From IMG/VR virus record IMGVR_UViG_3300033121_002354, positions 1-64,000 of that record: a DNA stretch of 64,000 bases; one strand, given 5' to 3'. This DNA comes from a virus (taxonomy: Duplodnaviria > Caudoviricetes). This document shows, one piece after another, positions 42,946 through 56,300 of this stretch. Position numbers and translations under genes: made by a program. The notes under the pieces were generated by a model. The model did no database searches, was not told where the DNA came from, and saw only the letters and a program-made list of their open reading frames with translations. Within the stretch, counting starts at the first letter, position 1. Each line of letters begins with the position of its first letter.

Positions 42946-45900
42946 TATCTGATTTAATCGTAAATGCTGGTAACAACATAACTGTCGCTACGGGAGTTTT
43001 TACACGTACTGCAATTATTTCTCCTGTTAGTGGTACAACCGTTGTTTGGTCTCAACTTTATGGGCCAATCGTGCCCATTACGTCAGAGGACGAAACTCTT
43101 ACTGTTACTCTAAACGATGCAGGAACTTACAAATTTAGAGCAACAGTATCTTGTCCTGCTTGTACACCAGAATCAGCATTCAGTGATGTCGTTGTTACTG
43201 TTGTAGACAATCTGCTTACCGATGTAAGCATAACCGCAAGCAGTGAGTCGATTGACCTTCAAAGTACTACTGTTACTACGCTAACTGCGTCTGTCACCCC
43301 TTCGGCTACTGAGGTAGAAAAATGGGAATGGGTTGAAAGCAGCGGAAATCCAGAATATGTTTTAACCCAAACGCAAAAATCTAGTGATTCAATAATAGTT
43401 TCTTTTAAAGAACCTGGAATATACCAATTTGAAGTTTTTGCAACTTCAAGCGGAATAACTGTAAGTGGTGGCATATCTATTACAGTAAGCGGCAACTCGA
43501 TTACTGAATCGGTCAATCTTCCGTCTTTTCCAACTTCTGATAGCTTATATAATGTTAAGTACTTTGTTTTTGATCAGAATGACACAGGACTATTTGAGCC
43601 ATCAGACATAGACCTGTCAGATGTTTTAAATTTGCCTTTACACACTTACCAATACGGGAACAAGTCTGTTACTGCTCCATGTGCATACCCATCTGTTTGT
43701 ACTGCGAAGAATAACCTTTTAATGATAAACAACGAACAATATATTTTTGTTGTTTATCAAGCATTTGTACTTGGAAAGTGGCAAATTTATTTACGTCAAA
43801 TTCGAATATCAAAACTCGATCAAGAAAATCCAAGATATTTACCACCATATGATTTTGCAGATGGAAGTAGTCCATCTTTTCACTATCTTTCTGAATCACC
43901 ACAAACTATTGTGTATATTCCTGTGGCTTTTTACACAATAAACTTAGGTGACGAAATTATTACTCGCGTTATTTATGAAATGGAAATTGAAGACGGCAGA
44001 CTTGTACTAGAAAGGGATTTTAGCGGTAACGATCCAACATATTTGAACAGAGCAAGAGTTTTAATAAGTTACAGCGGAGACTTATCTTCTTATTGGATAA
44101 ATAACAAAAACACTTTCGCATTTACAAGCGAATTACCAAACCTTCATGGAGACAATATTGTACCACCATTTGATTTGATAAGCTCAATGATTTATGGAGT
44201 ACATCCAGTGCAAAGATTGGGGCAATTTAGTAAATGGGTGTTCTTCGCACAGGCCGGAGATCTGGTTTTTGATGATCCCAACGGGTATGGTTCTGGCGGC
44301 ACAAGTGTTACTCATCCAGTTTTAGTTGCCAAAAGTTCTGGACATTGCACTCGTCCTAAAACGTTTTTAAACGCAAATAACGAGCTAATGGTCGCATACG
44401 AAGACACTGCTAGCGGAATCCCTCAAATAAAAATAACAGGGACTGGAGATTTTTGTGGAGACAGTCTGTACGGACCAACCGGAAGTTATTTAACCAAATT
44501 TTTCCAGTCGTCTGACTTTAAATTTTCACATACAGTAACAAGAGAGGGGATCAACCAGGTTCCAGATATTTTTGTTGATGACTCAAATATAACTCACATG
44601 TGTTGGCAATCAAGTAAAGATGCGGATTGGGAAATTTATTATGCTAACAGCAAAGACTATTTCAATCCAGTTCGAATTACCAAATCAAAAGGAAGATCAA
44701 CGAATCCCAAACTGGCTGTAAATTCTCTTGGTATTTACATAACATACCATGATAACAGATTTGGTGAATATGAAATTTTGGTTTCAAAAAAGCTTCAAAA
44801 TCAACCAACTCCTCTTTTGCAACAAGAAGGATATTTGGCTTCACTAAGAAACGGTTATTCTCATTATATAAATACATTGGAGTTCATTGTAAAAAACACC
44901 AGAAACTATGATACTAATATTGGAATTAAACTAGAGTTCTATGATAATAGAGTGTTTTTTGGCTCAAGGACAGAAATTGTTTCAACAGCATTAAATCCAG
45001 ACAATTTTCAATTAACAGATGATTCGTTTGTGGTAGATTTTGCTACAGGCGTTTTTGTGGCTCCCGGTCATGCACGGAAAGTGCTGTTTGTTGTTGGAAA
45101 TTCTTCTTTCAATTTTAGTCCAAATCAAACATATTTTGTAAAAATTTCATTTGTTTTTCATGACGGCACTGAAGAAGTGTCAATACAGCCAATTAGTTTT
45201 TCGTGTACTACATGCAATATACCAGTAGAAAGTCGCTGGACAAGTTCGGCCTCTGGATATTCGGATATAAGAATTACAGATTCTGCAGGAAACAGCGTAA
45301 GACCAACAATCACCAGTCTAAAAAATGATACAATTCTTATACTGTGGGAAGACTTCAGATTCAGCAACGAAAGTCAAGTATTAGGGGCACTAATAGACGA
45401 CAGAAACGATATTTTAAAATCAAGCGGAAGTCAAAACTGGTTTGATTACAACTACAACATTAGTGGGCTACAACCAAATGTTACAAACGATTTATTTGGG
45501 CGTACCATTACCACTTACAGCAAAACAGGTACTTCTGCTGGTCAACTGCCAGTAACAACAGTTTCTTATAAGCTTTGTGATTTTATACAAGAAGCAACAG
45601 CTCCAAATCAAAATTCTAAAATTTGTGCAGTGCCTTTTTCTGACACACAAAATACGGAAGATTCCCAAATCTATAACTTGGCACGCATAAAAAGAGCAGA
45701 TATTAACTACTTTACCATAAACAATGATTCATCTTTTACGCCTGTTGTATCAAAACGAAATATTAACATAACACTAATTGGGTCGCCAGATTTGGTTGCT
45801 TACAGGGTAAAAAACGAAAATGATACTGTTTATGGTGAATGGATCAATTTTAGTCCAGAAATAAACAATTACACAACAGAATTTAAATGGGTTTTGTCTC

Positions 45901-46514
45901 CTAATTCTGGAAGCAAAACAGTATGTATACAAACAATTACTTATGCAGGCAAGACAACCCCCATAAGTATAAACGTCATAGCCGACTTTGTTAAGCAAGA
46001 ATACAGTATTGAAATCACTAAAGAAGATGACTCTTTATTTCCTGAATATAATGGTCGTTTTGTGGTTTCTCCATTAACAAGTGATAGTATAAAAGTAAAA
46101 GTAAAGATTTTTACTCAAAATGAGTTAACACAACCACCAGTTTTTGATGTTGTTCACCAAGGATTTGCTAATCTAGCTAACATAACGACAGAACTTGTAG
46201 ATAGTTCAGACTCTTTTGTTTATGTTGGATATTTTACTTTATACAAAGAAGATGGCAAGCTTTTCAAAGATGGTGTTGCTCAAATAGTTTTAAGATTTTT
46301 TGATACAACCGAAGTTAAAAAGTCTGCAATTCAAAAAGACAATTTTAACGTATTTTCTGATATTACACAAACAAACTCCACGGATGACTTAGAAGCATAC
46401 AGAAATCAAACCAGTAATTTGATAGGAATACAGCCTGACAGTCGATATTTGCTGGAAGATCCATATTTTGCCTTTGGTGATCCTTACTATATAAAGAAGG
46501 AGAACTTACAATAA
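42942..46514 (+). CDS. PKD/Ig plus beta-propeller protein, paralog of the 37454 gene (start extended upstream of 43071)
   Basis: Frame open from 42924; AGGAG then ATA at 42942; VNAGNNIT PKD start; DQNDTGL and YQA....W.IYLRQ.R.S shared with the 37454 protein. Confidence 0.75.
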   Translation: MISDLIVNAGNNITVATGVFTRTAIISPVSGTTVVWSQLYGPIVPITSEDETLTVTLNDAGTYKFRATVSCPACTPESAFSDVVVTVVDNLLTDVSITASSESIDLQSTTVTTLTASVTPSATEVEKWEWVESSGNPEYVLTQTQKSSDSIIVSFKEPGIYQFEVFATSSGITVSGGISITVSGNSITESVNLPSFPTSDSLYNVKYFVFDQNDTGLFEPSDIDLSDVLNLPLHTYQYGNKSVTAPCAYPSVCTAKNNLLMINNEQYIFVVYQAFVLGKWQIYLRQIRISKLDQENPRYLPPYDFADGSSPSFHYLSESPQTIVYIPVAFYTINLGDEIITRVIYEMEIEDGRLVLERDFSGNDPTYLNRARVLISYSGDLSSYWINNKNTFAFTSELPNLHGDNIVPPFDLISSMIYGVHPVQRLGQFSKWVFFAQAGDLVFDDPNGYGSGGTSVTHPVLVAKSSGHCTRPKTFLNANNELMVAYEDTASGIPQIKITGTGDFCGDSLYGPTGSYLTKFFQSSDFKFSHTVTREGINQVPDIFVDDSNITHMCWQSSKDADWEIYYANSKDYFNPVRITKSKGRSTNPKLAVNSLGIYITYHDNRFGEYEILVSKKLQNQPTPLLQQEGYLASLRNGYSHYINTLEFIVKNTRNYDTNIGIKLEFYDNRVFFGSRTEIVSTALNPDNFQLTDDSFVVDFATGVFVAPGHARKVLFVVGNSSFNFSPNQTYFVKISFVFHDGTEEVSIQPISFSCTTCNIPVESRWTSSASGYSDIRITDSAGNSVRPTITSLKNDTILILWEDFRFSNESQVLGALIDDRNDILKSSGSQNWFDYNYNISGLQPNVTNDLFGRTITTYSKTGTSAGQLPVTTVSYKLCDFIQEATAPNQNSKICAVPFSDTQNTEDSQIYNLARIKRADINYFTINNDSSFTPVVSKRNINITLIGSPDLVAYRVKNENDTVYGEWINFSPEINNYTTEFKWVLSPNSGSKTVCIQTITYAGKTTPISINVIADFVKQEYSIEITKEDDSLFPEYNGRFVVSPLTSDSIKVKVKIFTQNELTQPPVFDVVHQGFANLANITTELVDSSDSFVYVGYFTLYKEDGKLFKDGVAQIVLRFFDTTEVKKSAIQKDNFNVFSDITQTNSTDDLEAYRNQTSNLIGIQPDSRYLLEDPYFAFGDPYYIKKENLQ

Positions 46515-46541
46515 ATTTGTAAATAATAGCCTTCCATTGGA

Positions 46542-48140
46542 TTGTTTGTCGCAATGAACATTGTATACGCCCCCAATTTAGTTAGTCCATTAGGAAATGA
46601 AACTTTTAACTTTGGTCAAGTTAACATTTCTTGGAACGTCATTGATCCACCAACTTCCGTAGAAACAATTGAGTTAACCGATATTCATTACGAAATAGAA
46701 TATGCTGACGAATTCAAAGAAGAAAACACTGTATGGCACACCATCACAAAAAGAGTTCCAGGTACAAGCGATTCGTTTACTTGGACAGTCGGAAGAATGA
46801 TCAAGACAGAAAATGCCAGAATACGAATAAGGGCCAAGTCTGAAACACTTAATCAATTTTCAGAGTATAGCCAATCAGTAGAAAATTTTACTGTAAATAT
46901 TCACAAAATATCTCCACCTGCTATTATGGCACCAATTTCAGGCAAAAGCTATTCAGATTATGTAACGATTATAATTGATAATAGTCAAGTCATAAACACA
47001 TACAATCAGAAAACCTTGTACAATTTAGACTACTATTCTGAAAAAAATGGGATAGAGTGGACTTCAATCCTTTCTCATTTTTCTGCGGGTGTGAATGTTG
47101 TACGCTGGAACATTGATTCTCTTCCTGCTGGAGACGATTACCAGTTAAGACTTACAGTACACGATGACCAGAAATTGCAAACTGCCATAGTTATCGTTGA
47201 CAATATTAAAGTGTCCAACCCTGGATTATTCATCATAGATACAACTCCACCACAAGCAGTTATAGAATTAAGCGATTTTACATCTTTTGCTACCAACAAA
47301 CTAGACCATGTAATCAATGTCTACGCAGAAGACGCATCAACAGACATAAAATCGTTACAACTCAAGGAAACAAAAATAAGTTCATTGCTAACTCTCGGCC
47401 CCATAACAACTACAGACTCAACAGAAACTGACACAACGACTGATCCTTGTGATTTTAGTCCAATTCCTTCAGTTTCGTTTACTCCAAAAGTACCTTGGAC
47501 TTTTAAAGATGAAAGTGGGCAGAAAAAATTAGAAGCTTTGTTAGTTGATTATGCTGGCAACAAATCGTGTACAAAAGAAGACGAGGTTTTTATCCCGATA
47601 TATCGCGGGACCATAACCTTGACAGATGTTGTAGTAACAATAGAAACCGTATCAAAATTAACAGTCGCTAATGGGCAAACATCCTTGTCTAACATTGAAG
47701 TTGAATCTGCTTATGTAGGACGGTCAGATGGAGCTTTATTAAGACTTTCACCATCTCCTAAAGTGGCATATACTTTTAATGACGAAATTACGTCTATTGT
47801 GCTTTTTAACGAGCTTATTTTTGTTGCGACATACAACAATGATTTAGATGAAAGCAATTTATATTCATATACATATACACAAACTCCTACCCTAATTGAG
47901 ACATTTACAGATCAACAATCCAAAATAACTTCTATGTCCACTTTTAACAATGTGCTGTACATAGGCATGTCCAACGGAAAACTTGTGCAGTTTGACAATT
48001 CTTCTTTTTCGACAATTCACACTTTTGACAATTCGATAAAGGTGTTAAATGGAGATGAAAGGTATTTATATATAGGATTTTATACGAGCGATAATTTATA
48101 TACTTTTGACGGAACTAATTTTTATGAGTTAACGCTATGA
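46542..48140 (+). CDS. FN3/Ig plus beta-propeller structural protein
   Basis: ISWN...YEIEY...RIRIRA; IDTTPP; VDYAGN; propeller blades at C-terminus. Confidence 0.7.
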   Translation: MFVAMNIVYAPNLVSPLGNETFNFGQVNISWNVIDPPTSVETIELTDIHYEIEYADEFKEENTVWHTITKRVPGTSDSFTWTVGRMIKTENARIRIRAKSETLNQFSEYSQSVENFTVNIHKISPPAIMAPISGKSYSDYVTIIIDNSQVINTYNQKTLYNLDYYSEKNGIEWTSILSHFSAGVNVVRWNIDSLPAGDDYQLRLTVHDDQKLQTAIVIVDNIKVSNPGLFIIDTTPPQAVIELSDFTSFATNKLDHVINVYAEDASTDIKSLQLKETKISSLLTLGPITTTDSTETDTTTDPCDFSPIPSVSFTPKVPWTFKDESGQKKLEALLVDYAGNKSCTKEDEVFIPIYRGTITLTDVVVTIETVSKLTVANGQTSLSNIEVESAYVGRSDGALLRLSPSPKVAYTFNDEITSIVLFNELIFVATYNNDLDESNLYSYTYTQTPTLIETFTDQQSKITSMSTFNNVLYIGMSNGKLVQFDNSSFSTIHTFDNSIKVLNGDERYLYIGFYTSDNLYTFDGTNFYELTL

Positions 48141-49309
48141 TAGAATTTTATTACACTAGTCTTGTTGAAAAAAGTTCTCAGAGTACTCCATCAAACAGTA
48201 TTGGCGGACACATTAGTACCAATACTGTATACACAGAAAACGCTATAACTGCAGATGTACAAACTGATTCTGCAGATATTGCCCTGACTACTGCTCCCAC
48301 TAGCAGTGGATATGTCAATATTGACACAGAGGTTTTGTCATTTTCTTCATTCGAAAATACGCAATTAAGCGATTTATCTCGCGGCATAGGGACCGGAATA
48401 TTTCCTCATGACAATGGTAGTTCTGGTTATATTTTGAGTGTAGATAATTTGTTTGATGAAAAAAATAATTCTTTAGTCCAATATAGGTGTGTTGTATTAA
48501 AAAACACCTCAATTGCATTAAGTAGTCTTAAATTGTTCATGTTACAAGAAAATAGTAACAACCCACAAATTGATATAGGAATAGAAGTACCGAAACACCA
48601 AAAAATAACAGGAAGCATTACATCAATTACATCTAGTACTAGCATCAAAGATACATCACTCAATGGATTATATGAATCCGATTTTCTGTCTGGTTCGATA
48701 TTGACGATTTTAACCGGCACAGCAGCAGGACAATATGTTGTTATAGACACAAATAGCAGTGATGGCACAATCAACTTTTCTTCGGCTATTACAGGACTGA
48801 CTGTAGGCAATACATACAAAATTGATCCGGCTCCATCGCAAAGAATTATAAACGGCATAACACAACCTTCGTCAAATAGTGGGTTGTTTACAGGTTTTTC
48901 TGGTGATGGTGGGATTTTAGAACTTGATAACTTTTTAGAGGATTCGATTCTTTATATCTGGATAAAGAAAACTTTAACAGAGAACAAAAAAGCAGAAGGC
49001 AACACTTCTTCAACAATTTTGGCTGGTTATGTACCACAAGGAATTACGGTTGTCAGCGTTTCTATAACTGGAGCATTTGAATCTTTGTGGACATTTTCAG
49101 ATGCGGTTACAGTAGTTGATGCGAATGGTGGAGATTTTTATATTGATGCTGAAGTATCTCAAAGCATTACTGCGGTTAATAGTACGCAATTACAGATTGT
49201 CTTTTTTGATCCAGTTGAAGGGTTAACAACATGGACAATTACAGAATTGGCATCTGTAGTTGGTGTAAATAGTGACATTATTACTCCTCAGTCAGGAGCA
49301 ATAACATGA
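48137..49309 (+). CDS. Putative structural protein
   Basis: S/T-rich beta protein in structural block; SNSIGGHIS and QYRCVVLKN. Confidence 0.6.
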   Translation: MIEFYYTSLVEKSSQSTPSNSIGGHISTNTVYTENAITADVQTDSADIALTTAPTSSGYVNIDTEVLSFSSFENTQLSDLSRGIGTGIFPHDNGSSGYILSVDNLFDEKNNSLVQYRCVVLKNTSIALSSLKLFMLQENSNNPQIDIGIEVPKHQKITGSITSITSSTSIKDTSLNGLYESDFLSGSILTILTGTAAGQYVVIDTNSSDGTINFSSAITGLTVGNTYKIDPAPSQRIINGITQPSSNSGLFTGFSGDGGILELDNFLEDSILYIWIKKTLTENKKAEGNTSSTILAGYVPQGITVVSVSITGAFESLWTFSDAVTVVDANGGDFYIDAEVSQSITAVNSTQLQIVFFDPVEGLTTWTITELASVVGVNSDIITPQSGAIT

Positions 49310-50340
49310 TATACATATCCAACTTATTAGGGCTTTGGCGTTTTAATAACAGCATGTCAGACGAAGCACTGAACAACGATTTTGTTCTAAACAATGACAA
49401 CTCTTCTTCACTGGGCATATCTGTTGCTGGCTCTTTTGACACAATTAGCAAATATGACATATTTAAAAGTAAAAATGTCAACACTAAAGCTCTTGTACTA
49501 GAAGATGTTTCTTATGAAGCTACTGATACTTTGATAAATGAAGATTTTACTATTGCTTTTTGGTATAAGTCTGAGACAGTTATTGGTTTCACAAGAAACA
49601 TAATCTCTAAAGATTTAGAAACAAAAACGGTCCCTATTATAGCAAAATCTGATAAGACGACCAATGATTTAAGTGAATCTGTTACAAATTGCTCTTTTTT
49701 TGTAATAGAAAGATCGCATTCTTCTACGGAAAATCAAATTGCTGTAGGAACAAGTTCTACAGGAACCAATATTGTATATGCTTATTCTTCTCCATACACT
49801 CCCGGAACTCACTTGGTACTTATAACATATGATTCTTCTAACAACAGGACAAGAATAGACATTGATGGCATTGAAGGAACTTGGACGAATACAGCAGAAT
49901 TAAATGTATCTACATCAACATTGAAAATAAATTCTATAAATCCAAACTATTTACACCATCAAGCAAGTGGATTAAGCAGAGCTATTTCTGAATTATATAT
50001 AAAAAAGGAAATTGCCAAAACACATGAGTCCAGCAGATTATATACATATGGCATAGATTATGTAGTTGACAAAACGTTGGCTCGAATGCAATTTGCTAGC
50101 TTTCCAATGCTTTTAACACAACCAAGTACAATTACTACAACCAGAATTATTGCAGAAGGAAGCAACATATATGCCGCCCGAAGTAATGGTGTCCTGTTAA
50201 AAGGAGCACAAAACTATTGGGACACAGAACTAACCTTTGATTCAAACAAGAAAAATACCCTTTTAAATAAAAGTGATACAGGTACAATATCCTTTGCTTC
50301 TGATGGAGTAACCGTAAATGGAGCGATAATAAGCATATAA
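49306..50340 (+). CDS. LamG/concanavalin-like domain protein
   Basis: LLGLWRFNN; FTIAFWYK; HLVLITYD....RIDIDG. Confidence 0.7.
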   Translation: MIYISNLLGLWRFNNSMSDEALNNDFVLNNDNSSSLGISVAGSFDTISKYDIFKSKNVNTKALVLEDVSYEATDTLINEDFTIAFWYKSETVIGFTRNIISKDLETKTVPIIAKSDKTTNDLSESVTNCSFFVIERSHSSTENQIAVGTSSTGTNIVYAYSSPYTPGTHLVLITYDSSNNRTRIDIDGIEGTWTNTAELNVSTSTLKINSINPNYLHHQASGLSRAISELYIKKEIAKTHESSRLYTYGIDYVVDKTLARMQFASFPMLLTQPSTITTTRIIAEGSNIYAARSNGVLLKGAQNYWDTELTFDSNKKNTLLNKSDTGTISFASDGVTVNGAIISI

Positions 50341-53300
50341 TGTCTACTACAATCAATAATATAAGAATAAACAATGTAGATCCAGAGATCGTTGATGTAT
50401 ACACAAAATTGCATCCATTTTTCTCTTGGGATTTTGAGTCTAACGCTGCAAGTATTGCACAGCACGCTTTTGAAATAAAAATAGGTACATATAACAGATA
50501 TGTTGGTAGTGAGCTTTTTGAGGGGAATATAGTATCATCTGTTGTTGAATCTACTGTTTCTAGTTATGAATATACAAACTACGATCTGAAAAGGGGCACA
50601 ACTTATTACGGACAAGTTAGGGCATGGGATTCAGAATTCGTATTAGATGTTGATACCAGTCAAAACAGAAAACACCTTTCTAATTGGTTGACTTTTTCTT
50701 TCAAAGTTAATCAACTGCCATATGTTACCAACGCAAAGATATCACCAAGTCACCCATTTTCTTCCGAAGATTTATCGGTTTCATACAAATATATCGATGC
50801 CGATAGTCATGAGGAATTTGGCACAAAAATAAGATGGTATAAATTTGGTGTACTACAAGAGTCATTTAATGATCTTCAAACGCTTCCAAGTAAAAACATA
50901 ACCATTGGAGACACTTGGAGTGCAAAAATAATTCCTTTTGACGGTCTTGAATATGGAGTCCCTTCAGAAACAAACGCTGTAGAGATAGAGTCTTCTCCAG
51001 CAGAATTTACTACTCTCGAAATACTCCCCGCTGACCCAAACATTCACGATCTACTGAAAGTCAATTATGAATTTGATAATTCAAATCCATATCTCAATCC
51101 AGATAGCGTTATAGTAGATTTTGTGTGGTACGTTAACGACGTAGAACAAACGGAGACCGGACAAACTGTTAGATTGTCATTGGCAAAAGATGATGTCGTA
51201 AAAGCAAAACTAAAAATATCGTATTTAGGGTCTATTATTTCAGAATCCGAAACAGACGAAGTAACAATATCTGATGCTTCGTGGAAAATTTTTGATTTAA
51301 AAGTGAACGGTTATAAAGAGCCAATAGGTTTAACAGATTTAGCTCCTTTAGTGACATGGAAAGTATTTAAGTCGCAAGAAACATCAAAAGAGTTGCCAGC
51401 TTATTTCAGGCTTCTTATAACCAAAACTCCATCTTTGCAAACTCCCGTATTTGATACTGGAGCTATAGAATACACAACGAACTCTTATCAAATAGAAGAC
51501 CTTGATCGTGGACAAACATATTTCGTCCATGTTGGTGTTGGTGATACTAGCAGCGATCTATTGTATGAAACAATAGAAATTGTCACAAGTGGATCATCTT
51601 GGAAAGAGAACGTACTAAACAATGTTGGTTGGACTGTCGAGTTTAAATTTAAGTTAGTAGATTCAGCCGATACAAATTTTCAATCTGTCTCTATTCATGA
51701 CGGAACAAAGTTCTGTTTGCTTTCGCTGTACAAAAACAAAATCAAGTTCTTTTCCGTAGATGAATATGAGTATGACATTCCAACAGAAAATCCATTTACC
51801 GAATTTCAGGTCGTAAGAATCACAGGATTTAATAGCGATTGCCAATTGTATTTTAATAACAATTTAGCCCTCGATTTAAGTGGCAAACTAAATTCTTTAT
51901 CACAAGCAAAGAGACTAGAATTTGGAGATATGAATCCTGCCATTGCAACTTCTGGAGTTTGGAGCTTTTTTAGATATTCTACTTCTGGAGCATTCAACGT
52001 AGACACTCTTAGTGATGATAACGATTTTGATTTTTATGAAGTAGTAAACATTCAAAATGGCTCAATCGAAGATTTCAAGAACGGCTTTATCGCTTGGAAT
52101 CCAGATTCTTCGAGTGATTCCTCTGTAATATTTACTCTGAATGAAAATTCAAAAGAGGTAGTACTCCCAACTGTTAATCGCAATTTTTCTCCTATAACAT
52201 CCATTTTTATAGACAAAAACAACAACAAATATATAGCAAGTGCTAACGGCATAAGAGCACTGTATGGTTCCAAACATGAACCTGACTACTTTTTAGACAC
52301 AAGTTTGGGCACTCTGACCATATCGGACTTCGATGTAATTTCGAACATAGAAGAATCTGATCTAAGTGATGTTCAGTATTTTTCTAATGATTCTTTGTAT
52401 ATTGATACGACCGCAAGTAATATAAATGAATACGATCCATCATCTGTATCTCACACTATTCACTATTTGTCACAAAGAGCACCTGGACATAAGTGGTTTG
52501 ATAACGTAGATAACGCTAAGGGATGGCAAGTTGAGCTGACTTTTAATCTTTTAAAATTAGAACAGGAGCCATTCGTAGAAGATGATCTCACCAAGGATGG
52601 AGTGGGAATCTATATAAATGATGGAGCCCACCAAGAAACTATAACTTTTTCTCAAAATTCCATCACGTTACAAAATGCAAACATTTTTGTGAATGTGAAT
52701 GCAAGTCTAACTAGAGTTTACAGAATTGTTGGTCAAGGGAATAACATAAAAATATATCAACGACTTGCAAGTGTTTCTGCTGGAAACGAACAATTGCTGT
52801 TAGACGGGACTGGACTTTTTACAGAAACTGCTACACCGGCAGCAAACAGCAGAAAACCAAAAATGGCAGTTGACAGTGACAACAATTATCACGCTGTATG
52901 GGGAGATGATTCTGGCGGAAAAGGTTCAATTCTTTATTCTAAATTTAGTGGAGGTGAATGGGGAAAAACCGAAGTCGTAGTAGAATCTGCAGCATTTACT
53001 CTCAAAAATCCAGATATATATATAAACACCGACAATAACATCTATGTTGTTTACGAAGATTTGTCTTATAACCGTCCTGAAATAAGTGTGAGCATAAAAG
53101 ACACTGTAGGATGGAATCCAAAAATACGATTAACAAGCATAAATTCCAAGAAGAACGGGCCAAAAATTACCGGAGACAGTTTTGGGAATATTTATGTTGT
53201 ATGGGAAGATGACCGAAATGGACACTCTGAACTATTTTGTGCAATCCGCAACAAACAGTTGTTAGCTTGGAATTCTAGTGCTCAATTTGGGAATGATACA

Positions 53301-56300
53301 AATATTGTTAGTTACACTACTAAAGATTTAAACCTAAAGAATAAGTCTGTTGATTTCAGAAACCCATCGCTAGTTTTTGCTTATCCAAAAGTGTATGTTG
53401 CATTCGAAGCAGATTTTGGAGATTCATCAGCCATCTATGTAAGTACGTTTGACATATTGGCAAAAGATTGGTTTTCATCTGGATTTCCACAATTCAAAAC
53501 CGATGGAACATTATCTGGTACAGGAACTAGTATACTAGTAAGTGACCTAGAAAGAAATTGTGTTAAACCAGATATTACTACAGCAACAACCAGTCAAGTT
53601 GTGATAGTGTGGGAAGACAGAACAGAAAAAGTTGCACAAATATGGGGCAAAGCTTTATTTGTTGCAGATGACTCCGAATTAACGCCTGCCACACAAGTAA
53701 CTCACCGTTCTGTTTCGTGCAGAAATCCGGTAGTGTCATCCATTATTCCGAATGATTCTGTTTCTATCTTTTTTGAATCATACAACAAAATCGTTTCTTC
53801 GAATGAAGTTATAGACATAATAGGGACTGATGAAGGCACAAAAATTGATTACAACGAGCTTGGAGAAATATTCCACAGCTCTTACAATGGTGTATCAGGG
53901 ATATTTTTCGGCTCCGCTACAGGATTTGATGATGATGTAGTTTTAACCGGAAACGACAATAAAGCCTTTAATCCTGCAGCAGTCAAAAAGTCGGCTTCAA
54001 GCTCTTTCATTATTACATATGACTATTTTAAAAATAGTGGTGATACAACACTTGAGAGCAAAGAACATCCAGAATTTTATTTAATAGGTGATGCAACAGT
54101 TACAGACGACACTGGACTAAATTCTGTTTCTTTTGAAACAAATAGCACATCCACAGTTTCTATCCTTAATACAAAAGAATTTGCCATAGGCGATATATCT
54201 GATTCATTGTCTACCAAAATGCAAATCAAAAACTTAAAAATGTATTTTGGATATAGTGACAAGCCATTATCAGTACTTGCAATAAATGAATCTTCTGCAC
54301 CAACTTGGCCAGATGACAGAGTTTTCGATGTGTTTGCTGACGTAACTGGCGGAATTTTGTCAGGGACATTTTCTGGCTTAACCTATTTTAACACCAAAGA
54401 TTCGTCTATAAAGTTGATACCCCTTGAAACAGGCAAGACCAATTTCACTATTACAGCAATCAATTACTCTAAAAACGGAATATGGTTTGTTGGTACTGAT
54501 ACAGCGGTATACTTTTCAGTTGATGGTGGTCAAAATTGGTCAAGTCAGGCTTTGGACTACGTACAAGAAATTGCAATGGATAGCAATGGAAATGCTGTAG
54601 TTGTAACAGTTAGTGGCATTTACACTATTTCTATTAATATTGCTCAAAATACTGTTTCTTCGCTTACTCCTCGTATTTTGCGTACAAACCTAAGAACTGT
54701 TGCCGTTGATGAAAATGATATCATTTGGGCAGGAGGAGATGACGGATTAATAAGAATTGATGAAAACAATTCTGTCATTTCATTTAATTCTTCTAATGGG
54801 CTGTCTTCGAACCATGTTAACGACATAGTTATCGTCAATAAGGCAAACAGATTTATTGCAACCGCAAACGGCATAAATAAAATGAGCGGTTTTGCGTTTG
54901 AGGCGATAAACACGTCAACTCACGATATAGGAAGCAACAATATCCTTAGTTTGGCCTATAATTCAACAACTAAAAGTTTGTGGTTTTCTGCTCTAAATAA
55001 GTTGTACGAAATGACATTTAGAGATCCAGGAACAGACCGCATACCGGATGAAATAGAAGAATATGATACAGAAATATCTTTGAATGAATCATATGACAAA
55101 TCTACATATTTTATTTTAGATACAGACCTTCTTGTTTCAGATGGTACTACGCTAGAAATTAATTCAGAATCTTCAAAGGTGTACATCAACAAAAACTTGA
55201 TTGAGTTTGGCTACACCATTGATTCTAAGAATAAGTCAATAGTTTTTGATGCAGATATTAAGCCAGATGACATTGTAGAGATACAAATATCTAATAAACT
55301 GAAAGTGTTTAAGGATTTCGACCAGAACAAAATAGAGAAAGAAATTTCTGGAGAATACAAAACTGTCATTTCAAAGCTTGCTATCACTAGCCAAGGACAG
55401 CTTTTAGCTCTTTCAAATTCACAAAATTCTTCTCTTTTTGCTCACGCAGGCACAGCTAGCATTCCTTTTACAATTACGACCATTGACAGAGATAAACCAG
55501 CAGCCTGCTTACAACTAGTGGATCAACTTTCCAAAAGTAAGTTTAGATTCAAAGTTTTGGCTTCTGATGAAACAACCAATGTAGATAAAATGATTGTTTC
55601 AATCTATGACAATTTTACATCCGATGGAGAAACCCCGCTAGATTATGTGCCATACAGTCAGTTTGTCGTGCAAGATATAGGCGAAACACTAAACGAATTT
55701 TCTACTTCCTTGGATATCCCATCTACAGCAACAATAGGCACAAATGAATATAGCGTCGGCAAAGGAAAATTTCTAGCTACCCTAACATTTGGTCAAGTAA
55801 CTTATATATATGCCATTACTAGTAGTCCTGTAATAGTTTTCAGGATGAATACAGCAGAAGAAGTTTGGACCCCAATATGTGCAATCGCAAATGGTAGTAG
55901 CGATATTAAAGTGAACGCCGTTGAAACAGTCAGTAACGCCCTGTATATCATGACAGGAAGCAGTACTCAATCTAATAGGGGACAAATATATAAATGTGCT
56001 GATGGAGAAAACTTCATAACTGTTGGGACTATTGGCAACAATGCAAACTGTTTGACCGTAAGTCAGGACAATACAATATTTTTTGGTAACGATGCCGGTA
56101 CTATATATTCCTATACAAATGGGTCTTTGTCTCAATCTTATACAGGCATAGGGGCTACAATAAATTCTTTGGGAGTTATAGAAAACAGTCTAATTGCTGC
56201 TACTGGCAATTCTGGAAGACTTTATTTGATAAGCATGGAAACCGGAGATGTATCAATAATATATCAGTCTAAAGAAACTAATATATCAGATTTGTTAATA

